Part shown: piece by piece, positions 55,501 to 62,757 of the stretch
How positions within the stretch are numbered: the first letter of the stretch is position 1
Layout of the letters: every line of letters begins with the position of its first letter
Assembly: GCA_052327205.1 (NCBI GenBank)
Contig: CM126218.1
Location: forward strand, 37,014,001 to 37,078,000
DNA length: 64,000 nt
Direction of reading: 5' to 3'
Source of the DNA: Somniosus microcephalus
Taxonomy: Eukaryota
Notes under the pieces: generated by a model
What the model saw: only the letters and a program-made list of their open reading frames with translations
Databases searched by the model: none
Told to the model about the DNA's origin: nothing
Position numbers and translations under genes: made by a program

Positions 55501-58500
55501 ACTGCCTTAGCTCCGACACACTCACACAGCCCTGACACATCACACATCCCTGACACACTCACCCTGACACACTCACACAACCCTGACACATTATCTTCAG
55601 ATAGGCTGCTTGTTAATGCAGCAGTACAATCGATAAAACAGATGGAATAAGCAGTGCTATCAGGATATTTTTGTAGATTCTCCTTTTTGGAAATGCATGT
55701 ATCACTCATCTGACTCCCACTAGCAGTCCTTACCTGTCTCCCAGTGTCAGCTTTCAGACTTAAATGAACAGGTTGTATTTACAACTGAGAAGTTTACAAT
55801 GTTAATGAATGGATAATTCCATAAATCAATGAAGCTATTAGCAGCTTAAAATAAAAAGATTAATGTTTGATAAATAGTGAATGTACAAAAGTACGAACAT
55901 TTTGTTACTAATATTGCAGGACATAATTTCAAGGTAAATGTGTTGTAAGAATTTTTTTTTTAAATGGAAAATCTAAGTCATCATTTACCAATTCTGTAGG
56001 TTGTAGTAGATGTGGGTGTTGTCATCACCGTTGTTTTAGATGGTGCTAAACAGCAAAAAAAATCAACAAAATTATTCAAATATACTGTCGACATTTTTAT
56101 AGCAAGTACATACACCTTTGAAGTGAACAGATTATCTGATTGCACGCCTACACAGGGAATGTACCCTGGGCCATGCAAAATAGTGGGCACCTCTCCTGTC
56201 GCAGGCGCAGCACACCTCCAGTACCAGCAGGGGCCCAGAGGGGGAAATGACCCCAATTTCTCCAAATATTGAAACCCATCATTTTGTTTTCTTTTTTCCT
56301 CCTTTATCCACCAATCTTTTCCCCTCTCCTGAAGGTGTTGATTCCTTGCTGGGGTACAATTCCACAAGTGGCACCCCTTCTAAAGAACCTTGCCCAAGAG
56401 ACCATTCTTTATGTGGGAGCTCCAATCGTGAGTTGTGGCAGGCTATTTGACTGCAGGAGCCTAATCCTATCCTCACCTAATGTCCACAGGCACGCACTTC
56501 CAACAGGGGTCGTCAGATAGTGATCAGGAGCAGGAACGCTGGTCAATTTTCTCTTCCCTGACCCATTAGTTCTGAGATGTTGAATTACCTACAGTTGCCT
56601 AGCTGAGGTTAGCTAACTCAGTCTGGGTACGGGCACCCACAACTTTTCAAGAAAGAAACCTAGCACTTCAGCGATCTAACTTTATCTAATAATAAGAGTT
56701 TGAAAGAACATGTTGTTCCGTTACTGTTGGTGTTGGTTCATAGCAATGAAAATGATTAATTTCACAGACTGTTTGTTGCAAGCTGTACATCTCCTGTCAT
56801 TTTATATAGTTCATTTCATAAAGGCACAAGAACTACCACCATGCTTGATTAAACACTAACAGCATTGACACTGTCCAATCATTAGTATGTAAGAATTAAT
56901 AATTCAACCAAATATTAAATACAGTAAAGATCTTTCTAACACACCATTGCATGAATCCAATTTTATTATTCAAATGATGCAAAAATAGAAAGAACTCTGC
57001 ATCTTCCCTGCACTGTACCTGTTCAGCAGATATGTGACGCTGAAACTGGGAGTCAAAAATGAAAAAATGTTCTACAGTCCAGTACATTAGCACCTTACTG
57101 AATACAAAAAAAAATCACTTCAAAAATTATATCTTTAAAACTAAAAATAATCATGTATAACACGTTGAAGCATAAAAAGAGATAACAGAATATTGTAAAA
57201 AATAAGACTTGCTTATTTAAACTATTTTGGTTATTTTGTTCTATATCGCACAAGAGGAAGCCATTACCTGTAGTGGTTGTTGCAGAAGTAGTAGTTCCAG
57301 TAGTTGTTTTTGTTATTACTGTTCAAAAAAATATAAAATAAATTATATAAGTTACAATTCTTATATTTTAAAATACCATTATTAATTTAATACCTTCATG
57401 ATTGAAAGCTAAGACAACAACTTTCTGTACTACACAATTATAAAGTCAGCTCTGAAAGATTTTAAATATGGAGGACAAAAATCCAAAGTCTTTTGAGCGC
57501 ATATCCCCAGAACACTGACATTCCCCAGTACTTTCTGCAGTACTTATGCCCCCCACCCACAGCATGGCTAATGGCATAAGAGGGGGCACGGTTGGGTGTG
57601 GGGACATGGGCGCGAAATGGGTGGCACGCCTGCAATGTACATCCTTCGAGATCGATCGGAGGATCTCCCATTATTAGTCCTTGGATCTCATCTTAATAAT
57701 CTCAGTGAGCTGCCGGCATCTGTCAGGCCTCCAGGGGCAGCTCACCCTGTTGCCACAGGATCAATATGGACTAGCTGCCATGCAAGCGCCGACCCTCAGG
57801 TAAGCCCTGTGGGGTGGGGTGGGTGTGGAGCGGGCTAGCACGGGTTGCTAGTGGCCCACAGTAGTGCTGTGGAGCTGCATTGAACACTCCTGCTCCCCCC
57901 AGCTCCACATAAAGGTAATTTTCAAAGATTGGCTTAGCTTTTTGGTGGCCACCGAGGGGTTCCTTTAAGGGCCACTGGTTAGGCCGCATGACAATTGAAA
58001 AGGCCTTGGGTGCCCTTGGGGATGGTACATTGCACTCCTAAATTGGTCCTTTTAGCCCGTTTGCCATCTGGTGAACGGGCACAACATGGACCAATTTCCC
58101 CCTCCCCATACCACAGCCTAGCAGAGTTTCAGGCCTAGACCCTGAAAGAAATTAAAAATTTAAGGGAGATTTTTGGGTCCCTTCATGCATCCCTAGTGGT
58201 ACAGGTGGCTGCCAGGAATATTTTAACTAATTGACCTCCTCTGACCCTGCCAACTTTGGCAGGGTCAGCATCAGAGGTCACCGGCCCACAGGTCGTCCTG
58301 CCCCATGATCCTTTATGTACTACAGACAACCATTAATGACACCATTATGTAGAAATGTAACAATTGTAGCATAGCACCTATTCATTTTAATGCACGTTAA
58401 ATATTTACAGTAAGATTTACTAACCTATACATCTGACGTTCCCATTCTTGCATTCACTGCAAAAGATTGCAAAGTATATTTAGGCCATTGGGAGAATTGG

Positions 58501-60911
58501 ATAATACATTTCTTGCCATTTCACCTGCTAATTGCCATTAGAAATATTTCTTGGGCAGATACTTACTTTATTACTTTCTTGGCCATGGATGTGGTCATAA
58601 AAAGAGACTTTAAATAAATCGTTATCTGCTGCATTGAATGGACATTTCTTGGTGCTATTACGTCAAAACCTCTGAAGAAAAAGGTATATTGAACCATCCT
58701 GACATTTCAATACCCAGTTAGCCTCCTTCCATTTCCTGATGCCTGCAGCTTTTCACAGAGAGATGGAACACTCACTCTACGCCAACAAAGTGCCTCAGTT
58801 CCAAACTCACAAGAACACCCCGCCCCCATAACAAAGTGATATTTCCATCTCCTGCATATTTTCTTTCTAAGTGGCAGATATTGCTGACCATTTAGAATCA
58901 TAGAAATTTATGGTACAGAAGGAGGCCATTCGTCTGTGCCAGCCGAAAAAGAGCTATCCAGCCTAATCCCACTTTCCAGCTCTTAGTCCGTAGCCTGTAG
59001 GTTACAGCACTTCAAGTGAATATCCAGGTACTTTTTAAATGTGATGAGTGTTTCTGCCTCTACCACCCTTTCTGGCAGTGAGTTTCAAACCCCCACCACC
59101 CTCTGGGTGAAAAAAGTTCTCCTCAACTCCCCTCTAATCCTTCTACCAATTACTTTAAATCTATGCTCCCTGGTTATTGACCTCTTTGCTAGGGGAAATA
59201 GGTCCTTCCTATCCACTCTGAGGCCCCTCATAATTTTACACACCTCAATCAAGTCTCCCCTCAGCCTCCGCTGTTCCAAAGAAAACAACCCCAGCCTATC
59301 CAATCTTTCCTCATAGCTAAAATTCCCCAGTCCTGGCAAAATCCTCGTAAATCTCCTCTGTACCCCCTCTAGTGCAATCACATCTTTCCTGTAATGTGGT
59401 GACCAGAACTGCACGCAGTATTCTAGCTGTGGCCTAACTAGTGTTTTATACAGTTCAAGCATAACCTCCCCGCTCTTATAGCCTATGCCTTGGCTAATAA
59501 AGAAAAGTATCCCGTATGCCTTCTTAACCACCTGTCTTGCTACTTTCAGGATTTATGGACATGCACTCCAAGGTCCCTCTGTTCCTATACACTTCTCAGT
59601 ATCCTACTATTTATTGTTTATTCCCTTGCCTTGTTAGCCCTCCCCAAATGCATTACCTCACACTTCTCCAAATTGAATTCCATTTGCCACTTTTCTGCCC
59701 ACTTGACCAGTCCATTGATATCTTTCCGCAGTCTACAGCTTTCTTCCTCACTATCAACCACATGGCCAATTTTTGTATCATCTGCAAACTTCTTAGTCAT
59801 GCCCCCTATATTAAAGTCTAAATCATTGATATATACCACAAAAAGCAAGGGACCTAGTACTGAGCCCTGTGGAACCCCACTGGAAACAGCCTTCCAGTCA
59901 CAAAAACATCCGTCGACCATTACTCTTTGTTTCCTGCCACTGAGCCAATTTCTTCAAGTTACCAGAGACCTCACAGGATTGAGCCTCATAAAGGATCAGT
60001 GACCTTGTCAAATTCTTTCACCTTTTCCTTCCTTCATTCTTATAAGAAAGGAAGTTAACTCTTGAAATGGATTTCAGATCTCCAGGTAATTCATTACAGT
60101 AGCAGCATCGAATTGTATATTTAAACAAATATTCCCTTGTAATATTTTTTATAGGTAACTGTTTTAATAGGAAAAAAGCAGAAAATTATATTCATTAGTT
60201 CAAACTTTTTCATTCATCGCTAATAAGAACAAAAAATTGAAGGCATTTTTATAGATACCATTCTTCACAGTCGTTCCTTGTTCTTTTGCCTGGTTGCAGT
60301 ATTTTCCCTTTATAATAACAAGTACATTCAGACAAGTTCACACATTTCATTTTGTTTTCGTCCAGATATGGAGCACTCTCTGGGCACTTTGCATAACAAC
60401 CTATATTTAACAGAAAGTGATAATATGAGTGTGGGGCATTGATCATACCTGATTAAGATGGTCACATTTGGCTATATAAATGTTTGCCAACAGTTTCATA
60501 ATTTGTTAGTATAACTCATGAAGACATTTCATATTCTTTTGTCTTGTCATTTTTCCATCAGTATTTAAAATGACAAAATCTTAAGTATCTCAAATCCCAC
60601 CAGAAATCAAATTAAAAAAAAATCTATGCTCTTTTGTTATATAAATTATTAAAAATTTCACATTTGTTAAAACTGTATAAACACTAAGTTGGCATGATTA
60701 TCATTCACATATTACCTTATCATTCATTAATCTTAGAATTCACAAAACATGAATAAAAAACTAAAAAGCATTGTTCAAACACAACCTTCAAGAACTGCAG
60801 AGAACTTCTTTCCAATGTAATGGTCCGAGCATGTTTTTGTTGTTAATGTTCCACATGGCTGATAGTGCCAGCTGCATTCATTGGGGCTGTTATAATAGTC
60901 ACAATATACCG
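1466..60911 (-). CDS. MUC19: Partial multi-exon gel-forming mucin gene (MUC19/submaxillary apomucin-like): end of D3 assembly followed by a PTS domain built from tandem 60-nt exons; gene continues beyond both window edges
   Basis: 37 exons with AG/GT ends splice in one frame: (P)[135 protein letters not shown]-[20-aa repeat]x32. The motifs PVYCDYYN, CxWHYxPCG and [28 protein letters not shown] match my recollection of MUC19/pig submaxillary mucin better than MUC2 or MUC5. Orthology is not tested. Confidence 0.85.
2971..3030 (-). CDS. 60-nt PTS repeat exon, type [21 protein letters not shown]
   Basis: ctctatag/gtaagt, phase 1-1; visible as the tail of track ORF 2963..3160. Confidence 0.85.
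3831..6698 (-). CDS. CR1 LINE ORF2: APE-type endonuclease plus reverse transcriptase, uninterrupted; the frame is open upstream to ~6797 with no AUG start
   Basis: Endonuclease motifs YLNARS, GITETW, GVVYRPP, GDFN, SDHN; RT motifs [41 protein letters not shown]; 955 codons without a stop. Confidence 0.96.
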   Translation of the reverse strand: MRNKKQRAKLIHKKCEHKKSLRVLYLNARSIRNKVDELAVEIEVNNYDLIGITETWLQGEQGWELNIQGYSVFRKDRQKRKGGGVALLVKKGINAIERKDINSVNTESIWVELRNSEGRKTLIGVVYRPPNSKIEVREGITREIREACNKSTAVIIGDFNLHIDWTSLISKNNEEEEFLECLRDGYLDQYVEEPTREQAILDWVLCNEKGLISNLVVRGPLGQSDHNMIDFSLEMESEEIDSETKVLNLNKGNYDAMRRELSRSDWTTFLGGLEVDKQWQTFKDRMTKLQKLFIPIWHKRKSKKVTQPWITGEIRDSIKSKDRAYKIAKKSARAEDWEQFKIEQRRAKGIIKRGKIAYENKLAENIKTNSKSFYKYIKRKRLVKTKVGPLQSDTGEYIMGNKEMADQLNAYFGSVFTKEDTKNLPGISGKIGTLAKEELTQINISKDMVLRKLKGLKVDKSPGPDNMHPRVLKEVALEIADALRMIFQNSLDSGTVPMDWRVANVTPLFKKGGREKAGNYRPVSLTSVVGKMLESIIKDEIAEHLANGDRIGQSQHGFTKGKSCLTNLLEFFEGVTGRIDGGEPVDVVYLDFQKAFDKVPHKRLAWKIEAHGIKGKVLAWIGNWLSDRKQRVGINGSFSEWQAVTSGVPQGSVLGPQLFTIYINDLDQGVGCSISKFADDTKLGGGVGSEEETRKLQSDLDRLGDWADKWQMHYNVDKCEVIHLGCRNGRANYYLNGNRLGEGEVQRDLGVLVHQSLKASMQVQQAVKKANGMLAFIAKGLEYRNRDTLLQLYRALVRPHLEYCVQFWSPHLRKDVLAMEGVQRRFTRLIPGMAGMTYEERLCSLGMYTLEFRRLRGDLIEVYKILTGLDRLDAEGMFPLAGENRTRGHNLRIRAKPFRTEMRGNFFTQRVVNLWNSLPQRAVYASSLNIFKRELDIFLRAKGVKGYGEKAGTGY
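6773..7586 (-). CDS. CR1 LINE ORF1, N-terminally truncated, SGNH/GDSL esterase-like domain
   Basis: SGNH blocks [22 protein letters not shown] and DGLHL, as known for CR1 ORF1p. The track start at 7597 is a TTG in the host repeat, not a real start. Confidence 0.9.
8396..8455 (-). CDS. 60-nt PTS repeat exon, type B (YMP)
   Basis: ctctatag/gtaagt, phase 1-1. Confidence 0.85.
9901..9960 (-). CDS. 60-nt PTS repeat exon, type A
   Basis: ctctatag/gtaagt, phase 1-1. Confidence 0.85.
11454..11513 (-). CDS. 60-nt PTS repeat exon, type B (YIP variant)
   Basis: ctctatag/gtaagt, phase 1-1. Confidence 0.85.
12959..13018 (-). CDS. 60-nt PTS repeat exon, type A
   Basis: ctctatag/gtaagt, phase 1-1. Confidence 0.85.
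14523..14582 (-). CDS. 60-nt PTS repeat exon, type B (YMP)
   Basis: ctctatag/gtaagt, phase 1-1. Confidence 0.85.
16028..16087 (-). CDS. 60-nt PTS repeat exon, type A
   Basis: ctctatag/gtaagt, phase 1-1. Confidence 0.85.
17589..17648 (-). CDS. 60-nt PTS repeat exon, type B (YMP)
   Basis: ctctatag/gtaagt, phase 1-1. Confidence 0.85.
19094..19153 (-). CDS. 60-nt PTS repeat exon, type A
   Basis: ctctatag/gtaagt, phase 1-1. Confidence 0.85.
20658..20717 (-). CDS. 60-nt PTS repeat exon, type B (YMP)
   Basis: ctctatag/gtaagt, phase 1-1. Confidence 0.85.
22163..22222 (-). CDS. 60-nt PTS repeat exon, type A
   Basis: ctctatag/gtaagt, phase 1-1. Confidence 0.85.
23724..23783 (-). CDS. 60-nt PTS repeat exon, type B (YMP)
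   Basis: ctctatag/gtaagt, phase 1-1. Confidence 0.85.
25229..25288 (-). CDS. 60-nt PTS repeat exon, type A
   Basis: ctctatag/gtaagt, phase 1-1. Confidence 0.85.
26793..26852 (-). CDS. 60-nt PTS repeat exon, type B (YMP)
   Basis: ctctatag/gtaagt, phase 1-1. Confidence 0.85.
28298..28357 (-). CDS. 60-nt PTS repeat exon, type A
   Basis: ctctatag/gtaagt, phase 1-1. Confidence 0.85.
29859..29918 (-). CDS. 60-nt PTS repeat exon, type B (YMP)
   Basis: ctctatag/gtaagt, phase 1-1. Confidence 0.85.
31364..31423 (-). CDS. 60-nt PTS repeat exon, type A
   Basis: ctctatag/gtaagt, phase 1-1. Confidence 0.85.
32928..32987 (-). CDS. 60-nt PTS repeat exon, type B (YMP)
   Basis: ctctatag/gtaagt, phase 1-1. 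Confidence 0.85.
34433..34492 (-). CDS. 60-nt PTS repeat exon, type A
   Basis: ctctatag/gtaagt, phase 1-1. Confidence 0.85.
35994..36053 (-). CDS. 60-nt PTS repeat exon, type B (YMP)
   Basis: ctctatag/gtaagt, phase 1-1. Confidence 0.85.
37499..37558 (-). CDS. 60-nt PTS repeat exon, type A
   Basis: ctctatag/gtaagt, phase 1-1. Confidence 0.85.
39063..39122 (-). CDS. 60-nt PTS repeat exon, type B (YMP)
   Basis: ctctatag/gtaagt, phase 1-1. Confidence 0.85.
40568..40627 (-). CDS. 60-nt PTS repeat exon, type A
   Basis: ctctatag/gtaagt, phase 1-1. Confidence 0.85.
42132..42191 (-). CDS. 60-nt PTS repeat exon, type B (YIP variant)
   Basis: ctctatag/gtaagt, phase 1-1. Confidence 0.85.
43637..43696 (-). 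CDS. 60-nt PTS repeat exon, type A
   Basis: ctctatag/gtaagt, phase 1-1. Confidence 0.85.
45201..45260 (-). CDS. 60-nt PTS repeat exon, type [21 protein letters not shown]
   Basis: ctctatag/gtaagt, phase 1-1. Confidence 0.85.
46706..46765 (-). CDS. 60-nt PTS repeat exon, type A
   Basis: ctctatag/gtaagt, phase 1-1. Confidence 0.85.
48270..48329 (-). CDS. 60-nt PTS repeat exon, type B variant [20 protein letters not shown]
   Basis: same splice sites; keeps the edge-type Pro codon. Confidence 0.85.
49776..49835 (-). CDS. 60-nt PTS repeat exon, type [21 protein letters not shown]
   Basis: ctctatag acceptor, gtaagt donor, phase 1-1. Confidence 0.85.
51211..51254 (-). ncRNA. Minimal type I hammerhead ribozyme remnant in the Penelope arm (second, more degenerate copy at ~52521-52565, + strand)
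   Basis: Minus strand ccagtt-CTGAGGA-aaggtcatcaacct-GAAAC-attaactc gives the CUGANGA core, stem II aggt/acct and GAAA; Penelope-like elements are known to carry minimal hammerheads. Confidence 0.55.
51423..51808 (-). mobile_element. CR1/HER1-like LINE 3' fragment nested in the Penelope element
   Basis: TTTCTATG-type tail, same 3' UTR as the 3731-7586 element; encodes ...[21 protein letters not shown]...[10 protein letters not shown]. Confidence 0.9.
51856..52223 (+). pseudogene. Penelope GIY-YIG endonuclease C-terminal fragment (no RT)
   Basis: VY-C-x-x-C-x-x-C...YIGET, HFN and P-x-GLN motifs; upstream part replaced by inverted and CR1 sequence. Confidence 0.85.
52842..52901 (-). CDS. 60-nt PTS repeat exon, edge variant [20 protein letters not shown]
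   Basis: ctctatag acceptor, gtaagt donor, phase 1-1. Confidence 0.85.
52979..53676. mobile_element. GC-rich non-autonomous PIF/Harbinger-type MITE, 698 bp
   Basis: TIRs GGCCTAGAATTTC / GAATTTCTAGGCC (12 of 13 match); TTA duplication at 52976-52978 and 53677-53679; the empty site aaaacTTActttcc is seen in the other units. Confidence 0.88.
55069..55128 (-). CDS. 60-nt PTS repeat exon, edge variant [20 protein letters not shown]
   Basis: tttttcctgctctatag acceptor, CTG|gtaagt donor, phase 1-1. Confidence 0.85.
55515..55590. repeat. Short imperfect tandem repeat of a ccctgacaca(c/t)tca motif
   Basis: ccctgacaca recurs four times within about 60 bp. Confidence 0.6.
55989..56045 (-). CDS. Mucin PTS exon, 57 nt, phase 1-1
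   Basis: tttttgctgtttag acceptor, TTG|gtaaat donor; (A)[18 protein letters not shown], distantly similar to the 60-nt repeat exon. Confidence 0.85.
57268..57318 (-). CDS. Mucin Thr-rich exon, 51 nt, phase 1-1
   Basis: tttttttgaacag acceptor, CAG|gtaatg donor; (V)[16 protein letters not shown]. Confidence 0.85.
58425..58456 (-). CDS. MUC19: Mucin micro-exon, 32 nt, phase 2-1, end of E3 module
   Basis: tcttttgcag acceptor, ATAG|gttagt donor; first T completes the split TG|T Cys codon, then [10 protein letters not shown] (CxCxxGxxxC pattern). Confidence 0.85.
58893..59951 (-). mobile_element. Older CR1 LINE 3' fragment, disrupted RT
   Basis: Track ORFs 59618..59920 ([18 protein letters not shown]) and 59085..59531 ([15 protein letters not shown]) are broken pieces of ORF2; a tagaatcataga tail lies at the left end. 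Confidence 0.9.
60259..60400 (-). CDS. MUC19: Mucin exon, 142 nt, phase 1-2, TIL3/E3 region
   Basis: aatatag acceptor, TG|gtatct donor; encodes (G)[46 protein letters not shown](C); lies within track ORF 60249..60446. Confidence 0.92.
60786..60911 (-). CDS. MUC19: Mucin exon, 126 nt, phase 1-1, D3 assembly (C8-3/TIL3 region)
   Basis: ttatattgcag acceptor, GAAG|gttgtg donor; encodes (P)[41 protein letters not shown](G) with the CxWxYxPCG motif of mucin/VWF D3. Confidence 0.92.
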
Positions 60912-61415
60912 CTGCAATATAAAATGGAAACAGTGATTGGTTTCATTTTTATAAATCCATGTCATTTGTTGTACATGATTAGTGGATTTCCCATGGCATT
61001 GCTCATGACAAGTCAGCGGCCACACTGGCCTGGATTTTGCAGTAAGAATAACAGTGAGGCTATCAGCACTCACCGTTATTAAAGTGTAAATCGGACAGCA
61101 ATTTCCAGCGTCCACTCATGCGTAGTTAAAAGCAGATATCAGAAAGTTCCTGTCCGAGTTGCCCTGCTTTTCCAGGAGCTTCGCTCTAACACTGTCTCAC
61201 CGAGACTTTGCATTGAAATATACGACGGGCATGAAGTTTCAGTACTTACCCACTCGATACTCGCTAAACACACCAGAAAAAGTGAAGGCGTGTCCATTCA
61301 AGTGTAAGTGTATTCTTAATACCAAGATAAGTCTTAATTACTGCCAAAAACCTCGCTGACACTGAAAATTAAATTAAAGTGTGGAGTCTCATTTCATCAG
61401 ATTTGAATTATTGTT

Positions 61416-61954
61416 TGAAAGGGGGAAAGAAGATGTCTGGGGGTTGGTGTGGAGTGCTGCTGCATGGTGGGGATTTGGCTCTGTGGAGGGGGTGGTTAGG
61501 CGAGGCAGTGCATAGCATTACCTCACTTAATCGTGTAACTGGGCTGGCTACAAGGTTTAATCAAAAACATAGAAATGCAAATGTTGTAAGACAAAGGGGA
61601 TGCTCAAGATGTGTAACCGCCCTAGAAACCAGACGGCCTAACAATATCCCAAGGACATTAAGTAGATCAGGAAGCAGACACGAAGTCAACAATTCTTGGG
61701 ACTAGGACCAAGGGCGAGTAAACAAATGCTGATAGGCGATAAAACTGATGCTGTAACGCAGAACATTCTAGAAGGTAGGCGGGAACAATGTATAGCGCAT
61801 CAAACTGTATGTATAAATATCTACTAACTGCTGTAACAATTGGGAGAAGCTTGAGGAAGGCGGAAGCAGGCTGTCTCCCCACCTGTGCGAATAAAGGCTG
61901 TTTGGAACCTCGATCTCGGACTTGTGTTGAGTGATTGTAAATTACTCCACAACA
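61416..61954 (+). mobile_element. Probable solo LTR, 539 bp
   Basis: TG...CA ends, 5-bp direct repeat TTGTT (61411-61415, 61955-61959), TATAAA at 61812 and AATAAA at 61890 in U3-R-U5 order; left boundary not certain. Confidence 0.62.
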
Positions 61955-62757
61955 TTGTTGGAGATTTTAAAAAATGTTTAAATTTTTTTTTTCTTTCTGT
62001 CTCTTTTATCACTCTCTTAATCCCATCTTGATTTCCATCTCTTTATTTCCTTTTCTGTGCATGATTTGTAACTGAATTAAATATTCTAACTTACACTTCC
62101 TGGTTTATACTCTGCAGGCCCGATATTAGCTCGGAGGCAGAGAGCGAGCGGGCGGGGGCTGTTATGTGGAAGAACGGGTTTCCCTCAGGTCCTGCCAAAT
62201 TCAACGACAGGACTTGATTAACATTTTTTGTCTCCATTTCCCGGCCGCTGCCAGCCAGATTGAGAGGCTGGCTGGCTGTCGGGCATGTAAGCCTTCGGCA
62301 CTTGGCCACAGCCAGGGAGCAGAGAGGATGGAGGAATTGGAAAGGCCGGAGGTGCGGGGGGTGGGATGGGGAGATCAGAGTCTGGTGTCGGGTGGCGATC
62401 GGATGTCAAAGGGGAGATTGGAGGCCTCGGTGGGGAGATCGGTAGGGTCGTGGCCCGGGGGGGATGGGGTGGGTGGAGTGGGGGAGATCGGAGTCCGCAG
62501 CCAGGAAGCGCAGTGGAGGTGGGGGAGGAATTGTAAAGACTGGGCGGGGAGGTGGGTGACCATGACTCAGGGGGACTTTGTGGTCGGGGGGAGGTGTCAG
62601 ATCATGGGGGGGTGAGGGGGACAGAAACAGGTAAGCTGGCTCTAGCAGGTAAGTGGAAAGACACTGAACTACTGGATCCAGCAGTCCTCGTGTCCCTTTA
62701 GCTGCCGGTTTTTCCAATGCCCGGAAACCTGGCTGGCCAGGGTTAAATTTACATTGG

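Noticed and set aside
56230-56630. Possible old SINE-like interspersed repeat; similar decayed MITE-like segments at ~57460-58310, ~61030-62110 and ~62117-62757
   Set aside because: They look repeat-derived, but I cannot fix boundaries, target duplications or family from the sequence alone.
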